In this document: piece after piece, positions 54,561-62,665 of the stretch
How the letters are laid out: the number at the start of each line of letters is the position of its first letter
Numbering within the stretch: position 1 is the first letter of the stretch
Source: Gemmatimonadaceae bacterium
GTDB lineage: Bacteria; Gemmatimonadota; Gemmatimonadetes; Gemmatimonadales; Gemmatimonadaceae
Assembly: GCA_035277145.1 (NCBI GenBank)
Contig: DATELA010000057.1
Coordinates: 67-64,066, forward strand
Direction: 5' to 3'
Length of the DNA: 64,000 nucleotides
The notes under the pieces: model-generated
What the model was told of the DNA's origin: nothing
The model's input: only the letters and a program-made list of their open reading frames with translations
Databases searched by the model: none
Program-made: the position numbers and the translations under genes

Positions 54561-55618
54561 CCAAACCGGTGTGGTATGCCGCGCTCGCGTTCGTCGCGAG
54601 CGCGGCGGCGTGCACGCGCGCTGACAACGCGTCTCCAGCGACGACAGCGCGCGCCGTACCCGCAGAGCCGGCTGAAACGCGGCTGACCAACGTTCGCCAA
54701 CTCACATTTGGCGGCGAGAACGCGGAAGCGTATTGGTCGACTGACGGCCAACACATCACGTTCCAGGCAACGCGCGACGGACGTCCCTGCGATCAGCAAT
54801 TCGTGATGCGTGCGGACGGTTCCGATGTGCGCCGCATTTCGGTCGGCGGTAAGACAACGTGCGGATTCTTCTACGACTCGAACCGGCGCGTGCTTTTCGC
54901 GTCGACGCACGGCGTTGATACGGTGTGTCCGCCAAAGCCCGACGCGTCCGCCGGATACGTCTGGCCGCTCGACGCGTTCGACGTCTACACGGCAAACGTC
55001 GACGGATCCGATTTGCGTCGACTGACGAACTACGGTGTTTACACTGCTGAGGCCGTGGTCTCGCCGGATGGCCGCAGCATCGTGTTCACATCGCTGAAGG
55101 ATGGCGACCTCGACATCTACACGATGTCCATCGATGGCTCGAATGTTCGGCGCCTCACGAATACTCCGGGCTACGATGGAGGTCCGTGGTGGTCGCCAGA
55201 TGGAACGAAGATCGTGTACCGCGCACACCACCCGGCGAATGCAACCGAGCGCGCGGCGTACGATTCACTCCTCGCGCGAAAGTTGGTGCGCCCGAGCAAA
55301 GTGGAATTGTTCGTGATGAATGCGGATGGCTCTGACCAAAAGCAGATCACGACACTCGGCGGCGCCAACTTCGGGCCGTCGTGGACCACCGACGGACGAC
55401 AAATCGTCTTCTCGTCCAATCACAAGACACCGCGGAGTGGCAACTTCGACCTCTATCTCGTGAACGTCGACGGGAGCGGGCTCGAGCAACTCACGTTTCG
55501 CGAGGAGTTCGACGGGTTTCCGATGTTCAGTCCCGACGGCAAGCATTTGCTGTGGGCGTCGAATCGGCACGCGGCCGCAAGCGGCGAGACGAATCTTTTC
55601 ATAGCCGACTGGCGTTAG
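54557..55618 (+). CDS. PD40/TolB-like beta-propeller lipoprotein
   Basis: The GTG at 54557 overlaps the protease stop (GTGA). Lipobox-like FVASAAAC. PD40 repeats SPDGRSIVFTS, WSPDGTKIVYRA, TTDGRQIVFSS and FSPDGKHLLWAS. Confidence 0.75.
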   Translation: MTKPVWYAALAFVASAAACTRADNASPATTARAVPAEPAETRLTNVRQLTFGGENAEAYWSTDGQHITFQATRDGRPCDQQFVMRADGSDVRRISVGGKTTCGFFYDSNRRVLFASTHGVDTVCPPKPDASAGYVWPLDAFDVYTANVDGSDLRRLTNYGVYTAEAVVSPDGRSIVFTSLKDGDLDIYTMSIDGSNVRRLTNTPGYDGGPWWSPDGTKIVYRAHHPANATERAAYDSLLARKLVRPSKVELFVMNADGSDQKQITTLGGANFGPSWTTDGRQIVFSSNHKTPRSGNFDLYLVNVDGSGLEQLTFREEFDGFPMFSPDGKHLLWASNRHAAASGETNLFIADWR

Positions 55619-55719
55619 TCGCCGCATTGAAGCGCGACGCGATCGCTGCGCCGTTCTAGCCGCGCGACCGCGCGAATTGCTAGCTTCCGGGTCGACTCTC
55701 AAACGCCGGTTACGGCCAC

Positions 55720-56715
55720 ATGGGTGAAGTTGGACTGGCTGTCCTCGCGGTGCTCGGTGGCGCCGCAGTCATCACCGCGTTCAAGACTTTCAAGATCGTC
55801 GGTCAGGCTGAGGTCATGGTGATCGAGCGACTGGGCCGATTTCATCGCCTCGCGCGCTCGGGATTCAACATCATCATCCCAGTGCTCGAGCGCCCAAAGT
55901 CGATCGACGTGCGCTACTTCGAAGGCACTGGCACTGGTGGTCGCAAACTGCTTGCGTCCACCACTACGCGCATCGATTTGCGTGAGCAAGTGCTGAACTT
56001 TCCGAGTCAGCCGGTCATCACGAAAGACAACGTTACGATCGATATCGACGCGGTGTTGTACTATCGCGTCGCCGATCCGCAAAAGGCGGCGTACTCGGTG
56101 CAGAATCTCCCCTACGCACTCGAAACGCTGACGCGTACCGCACTGCGAAACATTGTCGGCGAGATCGAACTCGATCAGACGCTCGCGTCGCGCGACATGA
56201 TCAACAAGAAGATGCGCGAGGTGGTCGAAGAAGCCGCGATTGGATGGGGCGTCGATGTCACGCGCGTCGAACTCCAGCAGATCCAACCGCCCAGCGACAT
56301 CCAGCAGTCAATGGAGTTGCAAATGCGCGCGGAGCGCGAGCGACGCGCGGCCGTCACGAACGCCGAAGCATCGAAGCGCGCCGCCGTGCTCGAAGCCGAA
56401 GGCCAGCGCGAAGCGCAGGTGAGAAAAGCCGAAGGCGAAAAAGAAGCGGCGATTCTGCGTGCGCAGGGCCAGGCTGAGGCGCGACTTGCTCTCGCGAATG
56501 CGGAGTCCGAGGCTTTGCGCCGCATCGCAGCCGCGTTGCCGTCGGGCGACGCCGCGACGTATTTGCTGGGCGTCAAATATCTGGAAGCGCTGCCCAGCCT
56601 TGCGTCCGGAAAAGGCTCGACGATTTTCCTGCCGGCCGAAGCATCCGCTGTCATGGGAGCGCTCGGCGGACTTCGGCAGGTGCTGTCGCCGCCGCCCAAG
56701 AGCGACAAGGAGTAG
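55720..56715 (+). CDS. SPFH/Band-7 (stomatin-like) protein
   Basis: N-terminal TM segment, ERLGRFHR and PVITKDNVTIDIDAVLYYRV blocks, and a C-terminal coiled coil rich in AEA/EAQ. Confidence 0.9.
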   Translation: MGEVGLAVLAVLGGAAVITAFKTFKIVGQAEVMVIERLGRFHRLARSGFNIIIPVLERPKSIDVRYFEGTGTGGRKLLASTTTRIDLREQVLNFPSQPVITKDNVTIDIDAVLYYRVADPQKAAYSVQNLPYALETLTRTALRNIVGEIELDQTLASRDMINKKMREVVEEAAIGWGVDVTRVELQQIQPPSDIQQSMELQMRAERERRAAVTNAEASKRAAVLEAEGQREAQVRKAEGEKEAAILRAQGQAEARLALANAESEALRRIAAALPSGDAATYLLGVKYLEALPSLASGKGSTIFLPAEASAVMGALGGLRQVLSPPPKSDKE

Positions 56716-56718
56716 CCG

Positions 56719-56946
56719 GTGGCGGCGACGCGCATCAACAAAGCCCGCGCGGAGCGCATCGCACGTGCTCACGCCTGCACCCGGTGCGAGGAGTACAGCT
56801 ACAAAAAGCTCGTGGTCAAAGAGGCGACGGCGCGACACGCCAAGGAACTGAACGTCGCCTGGATGGCCGACTTGGTTTGCGGGGTCTGCGGCCTCCAGCA
56901 GGAGCTCGGGATAGACCCCGAGGGCGAGGTCGTGTACGTCAATTAG
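56719..56946 (+). CDS. small zinc-ribbon protein (75 aa)
   Basis: GTG start 6 nt after AAGGAG, which lies inside the end of the SPFH gene. CTRC...CGVC cysteine pairs and high third-position GC. Confidence 0.55.
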   Translation: MAATRINKARAERIARAHACTRCEEYSYKKLVVKEATARHAKELNVAWMADLVCGVCGLQQELGIDPEGEVVYVN

Positions 56947-57120
56947 CCAGTGAGCGGGTCGCCTCGAGAGCGATCGATCAGGCCCGGCGGACCGCGCCTC
57001 CCGATGGCGCAAACCGTCACACCACTTGGATTTAGCCCCTGAACCGGTTACGTTTCGAGCCCAGTCATCCTGGGTGCTCGGTCAACCGTCCGGGCGCTCC
57101 ATTTCCCCGCTGGAGAGGAT

Positions 57121-57330
57121 ATGCGCAAGCCGCGGCCCAACACATATAACCCGGCGCAAGCCCTGCACCTGATCGCCTCCGACCGCGCTGGTGAAGCGCT
57201 GAGTTGCCCGTCCTGCGCCGGCCCGATTCTGCGCGAACCGGCAACGGTGCCGGCACCCCCGCGCTCACATGTGACTCTCAAGTGTACAAGTTGCGGACGA
57301 TTCGCCCGGTACATCGCGGGGGCCGCCTAA
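57121..57330 (+). CDS. small zinc-ribbon protein (69 aa)
   Basis: ATG preceded by GGAGAGG. CPSC...CTSC cysteine pairs and high third-position GC. Confidence 0.5.
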   Translation: MRKPRPNTYNPAQALHLIASDRAGEALSCPSCAGPILREPATVPAPPRSHVTLKCTSCGRFARYIAGAA

Positions 57331-57480
57331 CGCGGCCTTCGCGCTCGCCCGAGCAATCGGCAGCGCTCATTCGCACGAACGACGACGCACGTGCGCACGC
57401 ATTCCTCGGTTGTGCTTCCGCCGGCACCCAGGAAAACGATCAGTACGTGGTCCGTGGCGGGGGACGAGGAAGAATGTCAG

Positions 57481-57690
57481 ATGGCTCGAATTACCGGAAC
57501 AGTGAAGTGGTTCAACGACGCGAAGGGATTTGGTTTTATCGCTCGTGAAGGTGGACCGGACGTGTTTGTGCACTTCAGCGCAATTCAGTCGAACGGATTC
57601 AAATCGTTAGCTGAAGGCGATCGCGTCGAGTTCGAAATCGTCCAGGGTCAGAAGGGACCGCAGGCGGCCGACGTCATCAAACAGGGGTAG
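57481..57690 (+). CDS. cspA: cold-shock protein (CspA family)
   Basis: [20 protein letters not shown] (RNP1) and DVFVHFSAI (RNP2). 69 aa. The listed longer ORF start is rejected. Confidence 0.95.
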   Translation: MARITGTVKWFNDAKGFGFIAREGGPDVFVHFSAIQSNGFKSLAEGDRVEFEIVQGQKGPQAADVIKQG

Positions 57691-57801
57691 GAAGGCGGAG
57701 CGCGGACGTTCTGAGGGTTCGCGGGGCAGCGAGCAATTCTTTGACTTTCGTTCCGCCAGACGATACCGTCTTGGCGCGCTTACCCGTCGGGTGCTCTCAA
57801 A

Positions 57802-58128
57802 ATGTCCGCGTCTTCCGAAGCCGAGTCCGCGTCGCCAAGCGGTTGGTCGGCTACTGCCATCCTGTACGCAAGACCGCTGACATCCGGCGGCTACGTCGCG
57901 ATTGAGGCGTCGCAGCCGGCGGGGACGGCGTATCGTGCGTGCGTGTATGTCGAACGGCGCGCCGACCCGTTACGCCGATCTGGTCACGCGCCACCGGTCG
58001 TCGCGGAGTTCGAGGGTCCGACGCGACTCAGCGTGATGCACGAGTTGTATCGCGTAGCCGCGGACGACGACTTGCTCGAGCGCGGCATGGCACAGTGGGC
58101 GGCGGCGCAGCGCCGAATTACCGAGTAG
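57802..58128 (+). CDS. hypothetical protein (108 aa)
   Basis: ORF with fairly high third-position GC, no SD and no recognisable family. Its 3' end overlaps the convergent NrtR-like gene by 11 nt. Confidence 0.35.
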   Translation: MSASSEAESASPSGWSATAILYARPLTSGGYVAIEASQPAGTAYRACVYVERRADPLRRSGHAPPVVAEFEGPTRLSVMHELYRVAADDDLLERGMAQWAAAQRRITE

Positions 58129-58714
58129 CGTTGGGAGCGCGGCGATAGAGTTGCGCGGGTCGCCCGCGCCCCTCTGCACGCCATTCACTTGTCGGAGTAA
58201 TTCGCTCCGCGGCGTTTACAACGCGTCGGAAACTCGCCTTGTACAACCGCCGACCGAGCAGTACTTCGTGCGCACGCTGCAATTGCGTCAGCGTGAATGC
58301 AGACGGTAACAACGCAAAGGCGAGCACCCATCGATCCGCGTGGTTTGATGCGAAAGCGAGTGCGTGCGCGATCGATTCACGATGACACGGCGACACGAGC
58401 TTCCGTGCCTTCGCCGCGGTGTACCACGCGGCTCGCTCGTTGGCTGCAGTGGGTTCCGTTGTGGCAACCAGATACGTGACCGATAACCGGGCGCGCAGCG
58501 GGTGCTCGTGAACAGCGCGCGCCGACACCTGGACGGTCCAACTCGCTTTGCGTTGAAGGATTTCGCGGCCGAGCGCCGCCGCAGCCACATCGAGTGAGCC
58601 TTCGCCGCCCCAACGCGCCATCGGGAGCCGAAAACCGTCACGCCCACCAGCCAGTCGCACCGCCAGTCCGCCCGGTCGCAGCGAGACGCAAACGAGATCG
58701 ATTGCGCACGACAC
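58118..58714 (-). CDS. NrtR-family regulator (degenerate Nudix domain plus winged HTH)
   Basis: The C-terminal LLPSAFTLTQLQRAHEVLLGRRLYKASFRR...GRGRPAQLYRRA is the NrtR wHTH signature. In the Nudix box region (GGEGSLDVAAAALGREILQRKAS) the catalytic EE pair is replaced by QR. GTG start at 58714, 13 nt after the GH3 stop. Confidence 0.7.
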   Translation of the reverse strand: MSCAIDLVCVSLRPGGLAVRLAGGRDGFRLPMARWGGEGSLDVAAAALGREILQRKASWTVQVSARAVHEHPLRARLSVTYLVATTEPTAANERAAWYTAAKARKLVSPCHRESIAHALAFASNHADRWVLAFALLPSAFTLTQLQRAHEVLLGRRLYKASFRRVVNAAERITPTSEWRAEGRGRPAQLYRRAPNATR

Positions 58715-58727
58715 AGCGAGCGCGCGA

Positions 58728-60551
58728 CTAGCGGATCGCGGTGCGCTGAATCCCGGTGCCGCGCTCCGCGACCGGTGGAATCGAAATCGGAAGCCGGCCG
58801 GAAATCGGTGCGCGCCCTGCGAGCGCCCGCGCACTTGCCCGTTGCGAACTCGGCGCACCGCTCCACGCCACCACGTACGCCTGCACATCGGTGATTTGCT
58901 GCAGCAAATACGGGTTGCCAAGCGCTACCGTAATCACGCCTTTCGGGCGTGCGGCGAGCGCGCGCACAAACGAAACAAACGCAGTCGACTGCGCGATAGT
59001 CGCAGCGTCCCATCGCGTCGCGACATACGAACCCACGACCACCGCGTCAACGCTATCCGCGATTGCGGCAACTCTCGCGAAGTCGGCGTCAGTTCCAGCG
59101 TCGGCGTCGACGAATGCACTGCGGACGGCAATTCCTTCTGCGCGCAACGCTGCGTCGAAATGCACGCCCGCCAGCAGATCGGTGCGCCGCGCAACCGTCA
59201 CGCTGAGAACGCGCGCGCCCTGCCGAAGCGGAATCGTGGATCGCTGATCGCGAACGAGCGTGATCGATCGCGACGCGATCGTATCGGCGAGCGCTTGGTT
59301 CGCCACTGTGCCGACAACCTTGCGAACGTTCACGGGATCGAATGGCTTCGCGCCCGCACCGATCAAGCGCGCTTTCGCAGCAAGAATGCGTCGCGCAGCA
59401 TCGGCCACGCGCGACGCAGGATACTTGCCTGCAGCAACACCGTCTTCGATGGCTTTGATCGTTACCGCGACGTCAACCGGCTGAATGAGCACGTCCGCGC
59501 CGGCCGCGACTGCGCGTTGCGCCGCGTCGACCGCACCGAATCGATCGAGCACGCCGCGCATGTCCATCGCGTCAGTAATCGCAACACCGCGAAATCCAAT
59601 GTCGCGGCGCAGAAGTCCCCCGATGATCGACGGCGAGAGCGTCGCGGGCACACGACTGCTGTCGAGCGCCGCCATCGCGCCGTGAAACGTCATCACCGCA
59701 CCAACACCGGCGGCGACTGCTGCACGAAACGGCCGCAATTCTACCGAATCGAGACGCGCGCGAGACGCTGTCACTTCAGGCAGCGCGAGATGCGAATTCA
59801 CTTCGGTGTCGCCGTGTCCGGGAAAATGTTTCGCGGTGGCGAGCATGCCGTGATCCTGCACTCCGCGCACGAACGCGGCTCCCAATCGGCCGACGAGAAC
59901 CGGATCTTCGCCGAACGAGCGCACGTTGATCACGGGGTTTGACGAATTGTTGTTCACGTCCAGCACCGGACCGTAAACGATGTGCACGCCGAGCGCACGT
60001 CCTTCGTCGGCGGTCATTGCGCCGAGGCGATACGCGAGTGCCGTGTCAGCGGTCGCGCCGATTGCCATGAGAGGTGGCGCCCACGTCGCGCCACCGAGCT
60101 CGATCGCGTTGGGAAGGAAAACGCCGCCACGCGCCCTGAACCCGGCGCCAGCTTCGAAATCGGCACCAAACAAAAGCGGGACGCGCGACGCGCGCTGCAT
60201 GGCATCGAGTTTCGCGGCAATGTCGAGCGGCGTGCCCACACTGATGGTGAAGCCACCAACGCGATCCTCGGTAATCCATCGCTCAACGCGAGCCCACCGC
60301 TCGTCGTCCGCGGACATGTAGTCGCCCACGATGCTCGGCCACACCATCTGCGCGGCCTGCTCACGCAGCGTCATCTTCGCGAGCGTCGCGGCGGCCCACG
60401 CGTTCGCGTCCTGCGGCGCGGGCAGCGCGGATGGCGTCGCACGCGCCGCTGGCGTCGTCGGAGCAGGAGCGCTCGCGGCGCGCGGAATAGTGCACGCGAT
60501 TGTCGCGAGCGCCGTGAGCAGCGTGGCGCGCGAGCCGCCGAGTGTCACCAT
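58728..60551 (-). CDS. glycoside hydrolase family 3 protein (exported)
   Basis: 607 aa with a signal peptide. GH3 N-domain blocks GGFTISVGT, KHFPGHGDT and ITDAMDM, plus a C-terminal alpha/beta domain. Confidence 0.9.
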   Translation of the reverse strand: MVTLGGSRATLLTALATIACTIPRAASAPAPTTPAARATPSALPAPQDANAWAAATLAKMTLREQAAQMVWPSIVGDYMSADDERWARVERWITEDRVGGFTISVGTPLDIAAKLDAMQRASRVPLLFGADFEAGAGFRARGGVFLPNAIELGGATWAPPLMAIGATADTALAYRLGAMTADEGRALGVHIVYGPVLDVNNNSSNPVINVRSFGEDPVLVGRLGAAFVRGVQDHGMLATAKHFPGHGDTEVNSHLALPEVTASRARLDSVELRPFRAAVAAGVGAVMTFHGAMAALDSSRVPATLSPSIIGGLLRRDIGFRGVAITDAMDMRGVLDRFGAVDAAQRAVAAGADVLIQPVDVAVTIKAIEDGVAAGKYPASRVADAARRILAAKARLIGAGAKPFDPVNVRKVVGTVANQALADTIASRSITLVRDQRSTIPLRQGARVLSVTVARRTDLLAGVHFDAALRAEGIAVRSAFVDADAGTDADFARVAAIADSVDAVVVGSYVATRWDAATIAQSTAFVSFVRALAARPKGVITVALGNPYLLQQITDVQAYVVAWSGAPSSQRASARALAGRAPISGRLPISIPPVAERGTGIQRTAIR

Positions 60552-60823
60552 GAGATTTTTCCCTGCTGCGTTGTGTCGACGTCCGAGTTTTTCCCGGACT
60601 TGAACAAGAACGCGTCCATGTTACGCGTGAGGAATTGTCGGGCTTGCGGATCCATGACGTTCAGGCCGTAGTGATTGATCAGCATGGTCTGCTGCTTGAG
60701 CCAGTCGCTCCAGCATCGCTGACATACACCCGCAACCACCCGCGCTCCCATCGGCCCCGGAAATGGGGGCTTTTCGAATCCGTCGCGCGTCTCACCGCAC
60801 CGCGCGCACGTCACTTCTGGCAT
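60545..60823 (-). CDS. yggX: Fe(2+)-trafficking / oxidative-damage protection protein YggX
   Basis: ATG at 60823 preceded by AGGAGG. VTCARCGE...WSDWLKQQTMLINHYGLNVMDPQARQFL matches YggX (WQHKQTMLINE..LN). 92 aa. Confidence 0.85.
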   Translation of the reverse strand: MPEVTCARCGETRDGFEKPPFPGPMGARVVAGVCQRCWSDWLKQQTMLINHYGLNVMDPQARQFLTRNMDAFLFKSGKNSDVDTTQQGKISW

Positions 60824-61198
60824 CGATCCTCCTGTTCTGACGCGGCAATCTACTTGCCGCGGTGTTGAGTTCTTTCGCATTGGCGAGCGCGACGGGCCGA
60901 CGTCGACCGCGCACGTCCGACCCTGGGACCGCCGCGTAACTGTCCGTGTCGACAGCGCTTGAGCGGCATGCTCGTCATCAACTGCCCCGAGCCGGCGTGC
61001 GTCTCCAGGCCGCGCCAGCTCCGACGTATCGTTTCTCGACAGTGTCGCGAATATAGGCGATGTCCTGCTGTGTAACGCTATACACACCAATGACTTACAC
61101 TAACGCTTTGACTCCAATTGGACGATGCTTGTATTGCAATGATTACAAGCGCCCTGTCCTCACTCACTGCTCGACGGCTCAGCGCCATCGCGCGATTC

Positions 61199-61678
61199 AT
61201 GCGCACGATGGCCGCCTGCGTGCCGTGCGGCGCCGCGCTCGTTGGCGCGTTGGGACGCGACCTCCATGCGCAAGCAGCGAGCGCCGGCCACACGAAAACG
61301 GCGATTCAGGTTTCAGCGAGTCTCGTCGTCGGTTATCGCATGCATGTCCGCCAAATCGCACCGGCGCGAATCGTCGAGCGCAACGCGGGCATGATCGAGG
61401 TTGAGCTGAGCCTCGAAGCAGCGTCGAATGTCGCGTGGCGGCTCACGATGGCCGCGCCGCTCGCGCAGGATTCCGTCGCGTTTTCGCGCACCGAAGTGCG
61501 CGATGCGTCTGGTGCGTGGCGCACTCTCGATCGCGCCAACTCGGTGACCGTCGTCGGTGAACGCCCGCCGTGCAATCCAACACCGATCACCGTGCGAGTC
61601 CGGCTCTACGACGACGCGCAAATCGCTGCGCTGTCGGCACCGCGGTTCATGATGGATACGGCGGCGCGCGGACTCTAG
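61199..61678 (+). CDS. hypothetical exported protein
   Basis: ATG at 61199 gives the signal MRTMAACVPCGAALVGALGRDLHAQA. Beta-rich and contains SNVAWRLTM. The earlier TTG and ATG starts lie in an AT-rich promoter-like stretch. Confidence 0.4.
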   Translation: MRTMAACVPCGAALVGALGRDLHAQAASAGHTKTAIQVSASLVVGYRMHVRQIAPARIVERNAGMIEVELSLEAASNVAWRLTMAAPLAQDSVAFSRTEVRDASGAWRTLDRANSVTVVGERPPCNPTPITVRVRLYDDAQIAALSAPRFMMDTAARGL

Positions 61679-61682
61679 CGCG

Positions 61683-62243
61683 CTACGGTGCGGTGATCGT
61701 GAACTGAATCGGAATCGTGTAGACACCTGGCGTGTCGAGCACCCAGGAGTACAAGACACGGAATGACAACGGGATCACCGTACCGGCTGTCGCGCCGCCG
61801 CTGGCCTGGAGCTGCACATCGGTCGTCGAATACGGCGTGAACGGTCCGCCCGGATTGATCGCCCACAACAAATCCGCGTCGGGCTTGTTCGCACGCGGCG
61901 TTGCCCCGCTGCCGCCGAGTGGCGTGCCGACCCACGAGCCCGTGGTAACGCGGGTGGTCACACTCCAGCCTTGATTCGATTTCACCGTAAGCGTCAGACC
62001 GGACGTCGTTGCAAACGTCGAGTCAAACGCACCGGCGGTTGCATTGAGGAGCGAAATGTTCGTCGCACTCAGCTCGAGGCGAGTCGCGCGTGTGATCGTG
62101 AGCGAGACCGAGTTCGTGTTGTTGCTCTGCGTCGTGCACGATTCAGCGCCGTTTGTTTGGCACTGACCTTGGCCGCGCGCGGAGGCCGCTGCAGCGGCCC
62201 ATAACGCAGCTACGCTGGCGGCGAGAAACACGCGCTGCCTCAC
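61683..62243 (-). CDS. exported beta-sandwich protein with pilin-like signature
   Basis: Signal peptide ending in ARGQ, Cys pair CQTNGAESC, S/T/N-rich strands, KSNQGWSVTT and C-terminal PGVYTIPIQFTITAP. 4-nt overlap with the upstream gene. Confidence 0.5.
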   Translation of the reverse strand: MRQRVFLAASVAALWAAAAASARGQGQCQTNGAESCTTQSNNTNSVSLTITRATRLELSATNISLLNATAGAFDSTFATTSGLTLTVKSNQGWSVTTRVTTGSWVGTPLGGSGATPRANKPDADLLWAINPGGPFTPYSTTDVQLQASGGATAGTVIPLSFRVLYSWVLDTPGVYTIPIQFTITAP

Positions 62244-62665
62244 TGGTCGCCTCGTACCGCCACAAACTCGCCGCTCGTACCGCTGCCGATCTGCACCCAG
62301 GTGCCGCGAATTGTGTCAGCCACCAATCGACCAACGTGGCGTCGCGTTCCTTCACTCAGCAGTACATCGAAATCGACATCATCGGTGCCAATCAGGCGCC
62401 CGCTGACCGCGCCCGACAACAATCGCGTCGTGCCGGGACCCGTACGCTCTTCCCAGGACACGGAACCGCCAAGGAGTTCGCCGTCCTGCGACGAAACGGT
62501 CAGGACGCCGGTGAGGTCCGCGCTCGGAGACGTTTGCGTCGCGGTGTACTCCCACGCGCCGGACATATTCACCGCCGCGGCGCCACCGTCGGTGACATCG
62601 ATGCACGCCGAACTGAACGCAACGAGCGCGACGACTAGTCGAGTGCGCAGAATCGCGCCGATCAT
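62240..62665 (-). CDS. small lipoprotein (141 aa)
   Basis: Lipobox-like LVAFSSAC, then an all-beta pattern. 4-nt overlaps on both sides. Confidence 0.5.
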   Translation of the reverse strand: MIGAILRTRLVVALVAFSSACIDVTDGGAAAVNMSGAWEYTATQTSPSADLTGVLTVSSQDGELLGGSVSWEERTGPGTTRLLSGAVSGRLIGTDDVDFDVLLSEGTRRHVGRLVADTIRGTWVQIGSGTSGEFVAVRGDQ

